DNA of 64,000 nucleotides from Sumerlaeia bacterium (GCA_040219255.1 JAVJSW010000037.1:1-64000), one strand, 5' to 3'; positions 1 to 9,900 are shown, counted from the stretch's first letter. Notes: generated by a model from the sequence alone, not told the origin. Numbers and translations: made by a program.

Positions 1-273
1 CTCCAGCAGAGCCCTATCCTCCGGCCGGCTGGTAAGTAGAAAAGCACGCTCGGCGCGGCCGAGCAAGCTCTTGCCTGCGGAGGGGAAAAAGTGTTACCGA
101 TGTCTCCGGTACAAAGTGTCACCCCTCTGCCCGGTCGTACATTGGTGGATTGCCGGTGTTTGGCGAGGGGGATGTTGGCCCGCCGATCGCGGATTGCCGC
201 GCCGAAGAGACGGGTGGGCCCATCTCTGGTTCAAGCGGAAGGCTGGAAGCTTTAGCGGTGAAATCGAGCGAGT

Positions 274-2766
274 TCAGCGGAGGACGTCGGCGATGTCGAT
301 GACGTTGTCCTGGTTGCGGTCGTCGGAGAGCAGCAGGGGCCGGGTGCCGAGGATGACGGGGACGACGGAATCGGGATCGGGTGTGGAGGTGGGCGTCGGT
401 GTCGGTGTGAGCGTCGGCGTGGGGGTAAGTGTCGGGGTCGGCGTGGGAGTGGGAGTGACGGTGGGTGTGGACGTGGGAGTCGGGGTCGGCGTTGGAGACG
501 ATGTGGGCGTTGGTGTGGGGGCGCCGAAGCTGGATTCGAAGGCGCCGCGATCGACGCCGCTGCTGAAGATGCGGGGGAAGCCGGGGCCGCGGGCGTCATG
601 GAGGGGGGAGCTGGGGTCGGGAAAGGGGAGGAAGAATTGCTGGACGAGGGCGTTGTCGCCGCTGTTGACGGAGGCCCCGGTCTCAGTCAGGGCATGGGTG
701 AGGAAGAGTCCGCCGTTGTCGGCGAGATTGTTGAAGACACCAGCCAGTGCGGGTGAGAATTCGGTACCGACGATGTCGCCGTTGAGGCCATTGGGGATCC
801 CACTGCCGCCGCCGTTGCGGATGATGTTGGAGCCTAGGGAGGACATGGCACCCGAGAGTTCGCCGAGGTTGGGAATGCGGACCGCTGTGTTGGCGACGAT
901 GATGTTGTTTCCAAGACGCACCGTGTTGTTGAGTCCGTCGTTGGCGATGGCGCCGGCGAAGTCGAGGACGGCGTTGTTCATGATGGTGCAGTTGATGACG
1001 GTGAGGTCCACGTCCGAGGCCATGGCGATGGCTCCGCCGACTTCCGTCAGGTTCAGGCCGTTTCCGGAGAGGGTGGAGTTGGTGATGACGGCCTGGGATT
1101 CGTTGCCGAGGAAAATGGCGCCGCCCAGGGGATCGGTTGCGTTGCTGGTGGCGGCGTTGGCTTGAAAGAGGCAGCTTTGGATGTGGGCGCTGGTGCCATC
1201 GCGCAGGCCCAAGGCGCCGCCGAAGGTGGCGCGGCCGTTGGCGAAGCGCAGACCGAAGAGGCGCAGCTGGGAGAAAGCGCTCTGGTGCTCCATCAGGCCG
1301 CCGAGCAGCGGAGTTCCGGAGGCGGGCTCGAGGTTGAAGCCGCTCAGGGTGACGGGGCCGCCCTGGACCTTTCGGTCGATAATGATGCGGGCATTGTTGA
1401 GCGTCTCGAAGAACGTGGGAAGAGTCACCACGGTCACGGGATTGCGGATGATGACGGGCCTGTTTTCGAAATCGGTGATATCGACGGCGAGGATTGTGAA
1501 TTGAAAATCCGGGTCTTCCGGAGAGTTTTCAAAGAGCGAGCGTATGACGTGCTGGCCAGTCAGCGGGCTGACGAGAGCATCGCCTGCGAAAAGCCTCTCA
1601 AGACGGCGCTGAAGTTCAAACGCGCCAATGTCTGGCGACGGATCGATATAGCGGTGAAAGCCGCGGGCGTCGCCGGCGCCGATGCTCTCGAATTCCGTGG
1701 TGTCGAGGTTCTGGAATCGGGCGGCGTCGAGGGCAGGCGAGCCGGGCTGGAGTGCGCAGGTGCGCACGAGACCGCCGTTGTCCGCGAGCGTGTCGATCAT
1801 CGGGTCCAGGGGTGAGGAAACGGTGCCGGTCTGGTCCTGGGTGACCCCATCGGTGAAGACGCCGGTGTCGTCTGGGACGCCGATCAGGTTGCCGCCGTCG
1901 GAAGCGAAATCGGCGAGGCCGGAGACTTTGTCGAGGTCGGGTCGGCTGCCGGTGGACGTGTTGGCGGCGACAAGGGTATTGCCGAGGGTAACGCTGCCAG
2001 AGGGGGCGCCGAAAATCTGAATGGCGGCGCCGGTGTCGGCGAGCGAGTTATTCGCGGTAATGGTCGAGCAAAGGAAGGAAACGGTGCCGCCGCGAAGGGC
2101 GCAGGCCGCGGCGGTGAAGGCTTCGTTGGCGGCGAAGGTGGTGTTGAGGAAGGTGAGGGTGGAGTCGCTGTTCCACCAGATGGCGCCTCCCTCGCCGCTG
2201 GCTCTGTTGCCGGTGAAGGTGCAGCTCTCGAAGCGGGTTGGGCCAAGGCGGCCGAAGAGTTCGATGGCGCCGCCTTCGACCTCGGCGCGGTTGTCTTCGA
2301 ATTCGCACCAGCGGAAAATGACTTGGCCCGATCCGGAGATGGTCGCCGCGCCGCCGCGAAGCGAAGAAAAGCCACGCTCCAGCCGGATCCCGTCGATCAG
2401 CAGCGTGCCACCGGGATCGTCGATGATCAACAGCTTGTCGATGCCGCTCCCGCGCAGGATGGTGCCTTCGAGGCTGCCGTTTCCGAGGATCTGGAGGGGC
2501 TTGTCGATCGTGATGGGACCTAGGCTGAACGAGATGAAGAACCTGCGTATGGACGGGTCGAAGGTGATGGTGTCGTTGGGCTGGGCTGCGGCGACGGCGT
2601 CGCGCAGGGAGACTCCGCCCACGGCCACGCCATCGTTCTCGTCAACCGAGGTGTTGACCACGAATTCGGCTGCGAGGCCGGGTATGGGGGCGAGAAGCAG
2701 GAGCAGGGCAAGGCGGGGGAGAAGGGCCCGCGGAGTGCAACGGGGGAGGGGCAATATCGGGGTCAT
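274..2766 (-). CDS. Secreted CSLREA/choice-of-anchor-Q type beta-helix repeat protein with Pro/Thr linker and C-terminal half-dockerin motif
   Basis: Signal peptide (LALLLLLAPIPGLA-A); VVNTSVDEND..SLRDAVAAA start; repeated FxxNxA..GGAI motifs; two LADNGG..(D/N)ARG..R....D(I/R)GAFE modules; TP repeats; tail VILG..DRNQDNVIDIADVLR. Confidence 0.8.
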   Translation of the reverse strand: MTPILPLPRCTPRALLPRLALLLLLAPIPGLAAEFVVNTSVDENDGVAVGGVSLRDAVAAAQPNDTITFDPSIRRFFISFSLGPITIDKPLQILGNGSLEGTILRGSGIDKLLIIDDPGGTLLIDGIRLERGFSSLRGGAATISGSGQVIFRWCEFEDNRAEVEGGAIELFGRLGPTRFESCTFTGNRASGEGGAIWWNSDSTLTFLNTTFAANEAFTAAACALRGGTVSFLCSTITANNSLADTGAAIQIFGAPSGSVTLGNTLVAANTSTGSRPDLDKVSGLADFASDGGNLIGVPDDTGVFTDGVTQDQTGTVSSPLDPMIDTLADNGGLVRTCALQPGSPALDAARFQNLDTTEFESIGAGDARGFHRYIDPSPDIGAFELQRRLERLFAGDALVSPLTGQHVIRSLFENSPEDPDFQFTILAVDITDFENRPVIIRNPVTVVTLPTFFETLNNARIIIDRKVQGGPVTLSGFNLEPASGTPLLGGLMEHQSAFSQLRLFGLRFANGRATFGGALGLRDGTSAHIQSCLFQANAATSNATDPLGGAIFLGNESQAVITNSTLSGNGLNLTEVGGAIAMASDVDLTVINCTIMNNAVLDFAGAIANDGLNNTVRLGNNIIVANTAVRIPNLGELSGAMSSLGSNIIRNGGGSGIPNGLNGDIVGTEFSPALAGVFNNLADNGGLFLTHALTETGASVNSGDNALVQQFFLPFPDPSSPLHDARGPGFPRIFSSGVDRGAFESSFGAPTPTPTSSPTPTPTPTSTPTVTPTPTPTPTLTPTPTLTPTPTPTSTPDPDSVVPVILGTRPLLLSDDRNQDNVIDIADVLR
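376..522 (-). repeat. Pro/Thr (TP)n linker-coding repeat
   Basis: Encodes PTPTPTSSPTPTPTPTSTPTVTPTP...; codons vary between units, so it is a protein-level repeat. Confidence 0.85.
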
Positions 2767-2957
2767 GAAGGGGAGAATCCAGGTTCAAATTCGCCTCAAC
2801 CGTCCCGTTGCAGATGGGAGCACCGCTGTCGGTACGGATGGACTTCGCATCGTGGATTCTTTCGCAATGCCGGGAGCTGTGTCAATTTGCATCCGGGGAC
2901 GGAACCTTGGCGCTGGAACGTATGTTCGAGGCAGTGAAGCCGAGCCGCGCGGTGCGC

Positions 2958-5900
2958 CTACGGCTGGTTCAGTTCGTCGGCGACGTCGATCAGGTTGTCG
3001 TTGTTGGTGTCGGCTTCGAGGTCAGCGGGATCGACGCCGAGGATCATGTCGATGGTGGAACTGACGGTTTCCTGGCCGAAGTCGGCGAGAAGGGTCTGGG
3101 CGTTGTTCATTGAGAGGGTGATGGCGGTGGGATCGCCGGGGTCGCTGGAGAGGGGGCGGCCGGCGGCGTCTTTCCAGCCACCGAAGTTGAAGCGGCCGAA
3201 TTTGCTTGGGGCGCGGACGGTGACGGAACTGCCGGTTGGATAGAGGCGATCAAAGGCTCCACGGGCGTCGCGGCGGTTGGCTTCGTCGTCGCGGCTGAGT
3301 TCGAAGTAGGGAAGGACGGCGGGGTTCTGGGTCACGATCTGGAGGCGTTGGTAGTTGGTCGGCGCGGGGGAATAGTCGTAGGAGAGGCGCAGGCGAAGGC
3401 GATCGATGTTCATGGTGGAGGCGGTGCCCGGATTGGCGCCGGCGGTAAAGGTTTTCGTGATGAGGATCTCGGCGTTTGCTCCGGGGCGGGAGTAGAGGAG
3501 GAGTTCTTCGCCTTGGAGATCGAGGAGTGTGCCGAGGAGGGATTGGCTGGCGGCGCTGAGGGTGGAGTCGCGCAGGCCGCGGTCGCCGGTGCCATCGTCG
3601 TTGAAGGGAACGTAGGTCGTTTCCCAGAAAAGGGGGCTGGTGGCGCGTTCGATGAAGTGGGTGAAGGCGTATTCCTTGCCTTGGTAACGCAGGCGCGAGC
3701 GGCCTTCGTGTTCGTACCGGATCGAGAGCTGGGCGTCGGGGCCGAGGGTGCCATTGATGGCGCTGGCTTCGAAGGCGCTGGTATCGGTGCCGAGGTTGAC
3801 GATGCGGACGTTTTCGCGGGTGGCGGGAACCACGTTGCGTTCGACCAGATTGATGCGCAGCTCGCCGGTTTCGTTGAGAATCTCGAGTTCGGCAGGCGTC
3901 AGGAAGGTTTGTGCGATGGCGTTGCGTTCGAGAGAGCTGGACTGGAGGTCCGAGGTGATATCGGAGGCGACGTCGGCGAGGATGTCCTGGAAGACTGCGA
4001 CGAGGTCTTCGATTTGGGCGCGGGTGAGCGTGGCGCCGGTGCCGGCTTCGGCGAGGTTGCGGAATTCGGTGAAGAGGTCCTCGAGGTTGAGTTCCGGTCC
4101 GTAGGGGCGGAGGATCCGGTATTCGTAGGATTTGACCAGATAGTAGTAGTATTTCCGGAGGCGCTCGAACTGGCGGGCTTCCATTTCTTGAAGATAGGCG
4201 ACCGCCATGGGATCGGGGTTGGGGGCGGCTTCGGTCAGTTGCACGTTCATGGCATCGATGGCCATGATGGCTTTGATGATGCGTTCCGAGAGCCGGGCGA
4301 CGAGTTGGGTGGTGTGGTTGAGTTCGGCGACGAATTTGGCTTTTCGGCGACTGAGGCTTTGGAGCCTTTGAGTCAGTTCCTGGAATTCTTTGTCGGAGGC
4401 GCGGATGCGCTGGAGTTCCGCCTGGACCTGGCTGTCGGTGACTTCGGTGTCTTTGAGGATGCCGCGAATGTCCTGGATTCCGCCGTAAAGATCGGCGACT
4501 TTGCCGCCGAAGTTCCCGAGGTAAGAGGCGGCGCTGCTGGCGTCTTCGATGCGGGAGAAGTCGAGTTTTTCCAGTTCTTCCCGCGTGTTTTCGGAGGACT
4601 CTTCGAGGATGCCCTCGGAGACTTTGCCGGCGATTTCCTGCACACCGCCCGCGGATGCGAGGGGGTCGTTGGGATCGACATTGGTGACGAGATCGAGGCC
4701 TTCGCCAACGAGGCCGAGCGCGGGTTGGCCGAGGGGGAAGACCTTGGCGACGGTGCCGAGGACGCGAAGGGCTTTTTTCCAGAACGGGACGCGGTTGGCT
4801 TCTTCGACGTTGGCTTCGGCGCGGGCGAGGAGCTTGACTTCGAGGTCTGCGAGATCGGCTTGTACCTGGGCGATTTCGGCAGTGATCTGGCGCGCTCGGG
4901 AGGTCAGCGCGGGGAGTGAGCGCTGGGCCTGATCGAAGTCGTCGCGGAGGGATTCCAGGTCCTCGCGAACGTTGTCTCGGGCTGTCTTGAGGGCTTGGTT
5001 GCGCTGCTCGACAGTTTCCGCGGCTTCCTGTAGCCAGTAGGCAACGTAGAGGATAGGGATGGCGCGTTCGATTTCGTTTTCGAAGGCTCGGTAGTTGGCT
5101 TCGAAGGAGAGCATGGGAACCCAGCCCGCCGGGTTGCCCTGGTAGTCGAGGCCGGAGTCGATGCGTTGGAGCAGGGCGTCGATTTCGCGCTGATACTGCT
5201 CGAGTTCGAGGCGGGGGACGGCGCTGGGGATGGCGTCGGCGGCGAGCATTTGGTCGAGGATCATCTCGTAGTCGGCGATCGAATCGCGCGCGCCGATCAG
5301 ATTGCCTTCCTCGTAAGTCTGGCGGGCGTGCTGCATGACGGCGCCGAGGAGGAGGGGCTGAACCCACTCATAGATGGGCGCGGAATTGAAGTTTCCTGAG
5401 TCGGCTTGAGGCAGGGGCGGGAGGTCCTGGTAGGTTTCGACGGTGGAGAAGCCGCGCGATTCCCAGACGTTGAGTTTGTCAGTGCCAGAGACACCTTCGA
5501 GGACGAGGAAATAGGCGCGCCTGGGATTGCCGGCTTCGGTGCCGGTGTAGGGTCCGCCGGTGGCCTGGTCTCCGGGTTGGCCACCTGCGTTGTCGACGAG
5601 GCTGGTGAGATCGAGGGTGGAAGTGGTGGCGGCGCCTGACCCGCCTGAGCCGGCGGTTTGGGGCCGGCGGGGGAAGGAGGCGGGGCTGGGCCATTCGTTG
5701 TCGCTGAGGTTGAACGAATTCTTCCGAACACCGCTGGCATCAACCAGAGCGCGATTAATGGTGTCGGGGCTGCCGGTGATGACGATGCCGATGGTCCCGG
5801 TGCGAGCGGCCGAGGGAATGGGGAAATCGCTGCGGGTGTTGGAAGCGAGAGCGTCGTAGAGGTCGGTGGAGGCGACGGGCACGCTGCGCCGGCCGCCGGG

Positions 5901-7013
5901 GACGGGATCGCCGTCTTGGCCGGGAGCGCCGTCTTGGCCGCGGCCGCCTTGGGCGATGATGACAGGGCCGGTGGCGTCTGGGGCGGAGAGGCTTTCGACG
6001 TAGATTTCCACCGTGGGGGCGTCGTGGCCGGGGACGCCGTCGGTGGATTGGGGAATGCCAGAGCGATCCAGCGGGGTGATGTCGATGGCGGTGTCCGCGC
6101 CTTCGAAAACCAGTTCCTGGGCGTAGATGGCGAGGTTGGTTTGGGGCAGGGTGAGGGAGTCGGCAATGACGACTTTTTCTGCGTAGATGCGGAAGTCGCG
6201 CAGGTCTTCGTTGCCGTCGAAATCGAAGAGGCTGTTGGTTGAATTGTCCGCATCGATGCGAATGTGCTTTCCGGAAACGGTGACACTGCGCGTTTCGCGC
6301 ATGAAATCATTGAACATTTCTTCCGGATTATTCGTTATGGTTACCGTGATGAAGTCTTCGTCGAAGGGATCGGGAATGCTGCTGGAGCCGAACACGACGG
6401 GCTCTTCTTCGGGCGGCAGCAAGGGCATCGGCTGGATTTGGAAGGAAGCGATGGCGCCGGTATTGGAGGCGAGTTGGACCTGGAAGGGAGCTTTATGGGT
6501 GGCCTCTGGCGAGTAGCGGAAGAGTCCGCTCTCGGGATCGTAGCTCGCCGAGTCGGCGTAAGGCTCCGCAATGATGAGCATGAATTCGGAACCGTCCGAG
6601 GGCACCGCGATGAACTCGAGCCGTTCGCCCTCCCAGATGGTTTCGTCCGGGATGGATTGCCTTGGGTCCGCGATCGGCTGGGGATCGATCACGTAATGTG
6701 GCAGTTCGGTAAAGGCGACATCGACGGCGAGGGGCAGGCCCTGTATGGGCCGGATGGCCACCGGATCCGGTTCGCGAAATCCAGGAATATCGGCGAAGAC
6801 GATCGCCGTCCTTCCGGTTGTCTGGGGCTCGCCGGACTGGCCACTGGCGAACTGTTGGCTTTCGCCCTCGAAACTCCAGCGCGCGCCGCCTTGAGCGGCT
6901 TCTGGCGGGGAAATCGTGACTGTCACAGCGGCTGACGAGACCACAGGCAGAGCAGCGAATGCCGCGAAGTATGCGGCCAATGTAGAGTAGCGAGGCGCCT
7001 TGCGAGAGAACAT
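2958..7013 (-). CDS. Large secreted multidomain protein: Ig-like domains, G-x-x segment, TcA-like coiled-coil/hydrophobic-hairpin module, B-repeat-like domain, half-dockerin tail
   Basis: ORF 2958..7100, likely start ATG 7013 (MFSRKAPRY..VVSSA signal peptide); long amphipathic helices flank FWKKALRVLGTVAKVFPLGQPALGLVG; tail MILG..DTNNDNLIDVADE. Confidence 0.7.
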   Translation of the reverse strand: MFSRKAPRYSTLAAYFAAFAALPVVSSAAVTVTISPPEAAQGGARWSFEGESQQFASGQSGEPQTTGRTAIVFADIPGFREPDPVAIRPIQGLPLAVDVAFTELPHYVIDPQPIADPRQSIPDETIWEGERLEFIAVPSDGSEFMLIIAEPYADSASYDPESGLFRYSPEATHKAPFQVQLASNTGAIASFQIQPMPLLPPEEEPVVFGSSSIPDPFDEDFITVTITNNPEEMFNDFMRETRSVTVSGKHIRIDADNSTNSLFDFDGNEDLRDFRIYAEKVVIADSLTLPQTNLAIYAQELVFEGADTAIDITPLDRSGIPQSTDGVPGHDAPTVEIYVESLSAPDATGPVIIAQGGRGQDGAPGQDGDPVPGGRRSVPVASTDLYDALASNTRSDFPIPSAARTGTIGIVITGSPDTINRALVDASGVRKNSFNLSDNEWPSPASFPRRPQTAGSGGSGAATTSTLDLTSLVDNAGGQPGDQATGGPYTGTEAGNPRRAYFLVLEGVSGTDKLNVWESRGFSTVETYQDLPPLPQADSGNFNSAPIYEWVQPLLLGAVMQHARQTYEEGNLIGARDSIADYEMILDQMLAADAIPSAVPRLELEQYQREIDALLQRIDSGLDYQGNPAGWVPMLSFEANYRAFENEIERAIPILYVAYWLQEAAETVEQRNQALKTARDNVREDLESLRDDFDQAQRSLPALTSRARQITAEIAQVQADLADLEVKLLARAEANVEEANRVPFWKKALRVLGTVAKVFPLGQPALGLVGEGLDLVTNVDPNDPLASAGGVQEIAGKVSEGILEESSENTREELEKLDFSRIEDASSAASYLGNFGGKVADLYGGIQDIRGILKDTEVTDSQVQAELQRIRASDKEFQELTQRLQSLSRRKAKFVAELNHTTQLVARLSERIIKAIMAIDAMNVQLTEAAPNPDPMAVAYLQEMEARQFERLRKYYYYLVKSYEYRILRPYGPELNLEDLFTEFRNLAEAGTGATLTRAQIEDLVAVFQDILADVASDITSDLQSSSLERNAIAQTFLTPAELEILNETGELRINLVERNVVPATRENVRIVNLGTDTSAFEASAINGTLGPDAQLSIRYEHEGRSRLRYQGKEYAFTHFIERATSPLFWETTYVPFNDDGTGDRGLRDSTLSAASQSLLGTLLDLQGEELLLYSRPGANAEILITKTFTAGANPGTASTMNIDRLRLRLSYDYSPAPTNYQRLQIVTQNPAVLPYFELSRDDEANRRDARGAFDRLYPTGSSVTVRAPSKFGRFNFGGWKDAAGRPLSSDPGDPTAITLSMNNAQTLLADFGQETVSSTIDMILGVDPADLEADTNNDNLIDVADELNQP

Positions 7014-7254
7014 GATCGGTCCAATATTGCCAGGATTTGACGAGGATAACATGAGGCAACATGGAAAGAACGGTTCGTCAAGTCGTTTGCGACAATTCAT
7101 CTATGTTTGATGCTAAATAGGATAAGTCCGCGGTCCGAAACACGGAAGGCCATACAATCGAGGATCGAGCTTTTTCTTGAGGGAGATGTCTGGTAATCCT
7201 TGGGCAATTGGAGAGACGGGCATATTATGAGTTCGCCGAGGCGAGAGACTTTGG

Positions 7255-8121
7255 TTACGGGGTCGGGGCAAACAGCTCCATCATCTCCTCCGGCCGGTCG
7301 GTGGTGATGGCGTCCACGCCGAGGGCGGCGAGTTCGTGGGCGCGGAACGGGTCATTGACGGTGTAGACGGCGAGGCCGAGGCCGGCGTCGTGGATGGCTT
7401 GGACGGCTTCGGGGGTGAGGGGGCCTTTGTGGCTGAGGTCGAGGCCGTCGACACCGAGGGCGAGGGCCTCTTCGATGAGTTCGGCGATGGGAGGCTGGAG
7501 GACGCCGTTCTCGTCCTCTTTGAAACCGTGCAGGAAGAGCACGCGGTGGTCCGGCAGGGCGCGTTTGATGGCGCGGCAGGCGTCGGCCTGGAAGCTGATG
7601 AAGGTGATCTGCTCGGGTTTCTTGCCGGATTGGCGGACGACTTGGACGAGGCGGTCGGTGATTTCGGCGCCGGTCTTGATTTCGATGTAGAGGCGTTTGC
7701 CTTCGGGCACGGTGGAGAGGACGTGCTTGAGCAGGGGGATCGGTTCGCCGGCGAAGAGGGGGTTTTTCCAGGCGCCGGCTTCGAGTTCGCGCAGTTCCGC
7801 CAGGGTGGCGCCCGCGATGGTGCCGGGGGCGCCGGTGGTGCGTTTGAGTTCGGTGTCGTGAAAGCAGACGATGCGATTGTCGGCGGTGAGGGTGATATCG
7901 ACCTCGGCGGCGTCGGCGTTTTGCTGCCAAGCGAGGCGGACGGCGGCGAGGGTGTTTTCCGGGGCGTCGTGGGAGGCGCCGCGGTGGGCGACGATCTCGG
8001 GGCGAGGCATGGCGGCGGGGTCCTCCGCAAGGGCGGGCTGAGGCGCCCCAGTTGTGACGATTAGAAGGGACAGCGGGGCGAAAATCAAGGAAAGGGAGCG
8101 GGAGCGGGAGCGACGAATCAT
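7255..8121 (-). CDS. Glycerophosphodiester phosphodiesterase (GDPD/UgpQ-GlpQ family), exported
   Basis: AHRGAS..APENTLAA, EVD, FHD..LKRTT, IEIK, YTVND, GVDAITTDRP motifs; signal peptide after likely start ATG 8121. Confidence 0.92.
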   Translation of the reverse strand: MIRRSRSRSLSLIFAPLSLLIVTTGAPQPALAEDPAAMPRPEIVAHRGASHDAPENTLAAVRLAWQQNADAAEVDITLTADNRIVCFHDTELKRTTGAPGTIAGATLAELRELEAGAWKNPLFAGEPIPLLKHVLSTVPEGKRLYIEIKTGAEITDRLVQVVRQSGKKPEQITFISFQADACRAIKRALPDHRVLFLHGFKEDENGVLQPPIAELIEEALALGVDGLDLSHKGPLTPEAVQAIHDAGLGLAVYTVNDPFRAHELAALGVDAITTDRPEEMMELFAPTP

Positions 8122-8250
8122 GGGAAAGGTCCGGAAGGGGGAGGCTGGTTTGACTTCAATAGAAGTAGTGTAGCAGGGCCGGGGCGCAACACTGGAGCCG
8201 CCCGGATGGGCGGCTCGGCGGAGGGGCAATTTTCGATGTGGTGTGGGGGG

Positions 8251-9900
8251 CTACTCGCTTTGGAGCGCCGTCACGTCCGCCACGTCGATCAACCCGTCGG
8301 CCGTCAGGTCGACTGGCTGCGCGGTCGAAACGCCGGTCAGGTACATCAGGTAGTCGTCGAGCGATCCCGCCGGGGTGGCCGTCGGCGTCGCCGTGGGAGT
8401 CAGGCTGGGCGTCGGTGTGAGGCTGGGGGTCGGGGTCAGGGTGGGGCTGACGGTGGGGGTGATGGTCGGCGTGGGGGTCGCGGTCTGGGTCGGGGTGACA
8501 CAGTTGTCGTCGAGGGTCTGGCCGGTGTTGACCTGACCCCGGGTGTGGGCGGCGGGGCCGGACCAGGTGAAGTCGGCGCCCTGGCCTCCGGGTCCGCCGG
8601 TCAGTTGCAGGGACATTCCCGCGACGTCATCATTCGTTTCCGCCACGCCGATATCCACCGACGTCATGCCGGAGGCGGGTCCGCTGCTGGCGGTCATTTG
8701 GCCCTCGTAACTGAGGAACTCGATGACTTCGTCGTTGGGTGCGACCAAGGCCACGCCGTCCGGTTCGCCATTTTGCAGGCCTTCGATGGGAACCCAGAGA
8801 AAGCCGTAGCAGTTCGGCCCGTTCGGCAGGGTTTCGGTCAGCGTCACGGCGCTGTAGATGGTGCCGCCGTTGCCATTGTAAGGCACCACCTGCCAGCCAT
8901 CGAGGCTGAAGCCGGAGGGGCCGGCGATTTCGACGCCTTCGTCCGTGTCGCCGCCAACGTTGTCGTAATGGATTTCATTGATCCAGACAAAGCCATCGCC
9001 GCCCGGTCCGCCGGTGGCTGTGGGTGTGGGAGTGGGAGTCGGAGTGGGCGACGCGGTCGGGGTCAGCGTGGGCGTGGCCGTGTTGGTGGGCGTGGCGCCA
9101 TCGCAGAGCGGAATGCCGTAAATGATATTGGCGTACTGGGGCCGATCGACAAAGGGGTTCCGGTTGTCCTGGAAACCGTAGATGTACTCCATGCGCTGAC
9201 GCTCGAAGTCGTCGACGGGGTCCTGGCAATGCCATTCGAGGAGGGTGCTGAGGTATCCCATGGAGTTGTTGCCGGAGGGATTGCCGCTGTCGGTCAGGAA
9301 CAGGTTCGGTTCGCCGCTGGTGCCTTCATAGCGGATGTCCATGTAGAACAGCGCGCGGGCCACGTCGCCCTTCACGGCGTCGCGGGGTTCGAAGATGTTG
9401 GGGTTGGCGTCGGTGTCGATCGTGTTGCCGAAAAAGCTGTCGGTGCCGGTTCCCACGACATTGTCGAAGGGGTAATTGCTGCGCCGGCTGTTGGCGTCGG
9501 CGTCGGTGGGCATCAGGGCGTGCATGTCGGAGCGCATGGGCGAGCGCTCGTCGAAATTGCCCTGGGGGAAGATGTGCTCGCGGTTCCAGATGCCCGAGCC
9601 CGGGTCGCCGTTGGCGTTGCCGCCCTGCGAGGACTTGCTCTCCGACCGGCCGGTGTAGAAGAGGATGACCCGGCTGCCGTTGTCAGGGTCTTCGCTGGCA
9701 TCGCCGATGATGTCGTAGGCGGTGTCGTAGCTGCGCGCGTCATGATCGTCGATGATGGCGTGGAGCGAACTGCGGAGCGCCGAGGGTGAGGACTCGTTGA
9801 CCGCGTCGTAGTATCCCGCCGGTTCGCCGGCTTGGGCCGAGGCCGCCAGGGCCAGGAGTGCGGCGCAAAGCCCATAGTTCTGCTTCTGATTTTTCAACAC
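8251..9900 (-). CDS. Secreted endonuclease I (EndA/Bsn His-Me family) with lamin-tail-like domain, TP linkers and half-dockerin tail
   Basis: WNREHIFPQ, SDMHAL.P.D..ANS.RSNYPF, KGDVARALFYMDIRY, QDNRNPFVD; WINEIHYDN.G.D..E.VEIAG; tail YLTG..DLTADGLIDVADV; GAGGAG RBS upstream of GTG. Confidence 0.9.
   Translation of the reverse strand: MLKNQKQNYGLCAALLALAASAQAGEPAGYYDAVNESSPSALRSSLHAIIDDHDARSYDTAYDIIGDASEDPDNGSRVILFYTGRSESKSSQGGNANGDPGSGIWNREHIFPQGNFDERSPMRSDMHALMPTDADANSRRSNYPFDNVVGTGTDSFFGNTIDTDANPNIFEPRDAVKGDVARALFYMDIRYEGTSGEPNLFLTDSGNPSGNNSMGYLSTLLEWHCQDPVDDFERQRMEYIYGFQDNRNPFVDRPQYANIIYGIPLCDGATPTNTATPTLTPTASPTPTPTPTPTATGGPGGDGFVWINEIHYDNVGGDTDEGVEIAGPSGFSLDGWQVVPYNGNGGTIYSAVTLTETLPNGPNCYGFLWVPIEGLQNGEPDGVALVAPNDEVIEFLSYEGQMTASSGPASGMTSVDIGVAETNDDVAGMSLQLTGGPGGQGADFTWSGPAAHTRGQVNTGQTLDDNCVTPTQTATPTPTITPTVSPTLTPTPSLTPTPSLTPTATPTATPAGSLDDYLMYLTGVSTAQPVDLTADGLIDVADVTALQSE

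Noticed and set aside
376-522. Possible CRISPR array or VNTR
   Set aside because: The 6-bp periodicity with variable codons lies inside a CDS. There are no constant repeats with unique spacers and no cas genes.
71-1165. 364-aa ORF with GVGVGV repeats
   Set aside because: It is the reverse-complement reading of the TP linker of the 274-2766 gene; the same applies to 8206-9789.
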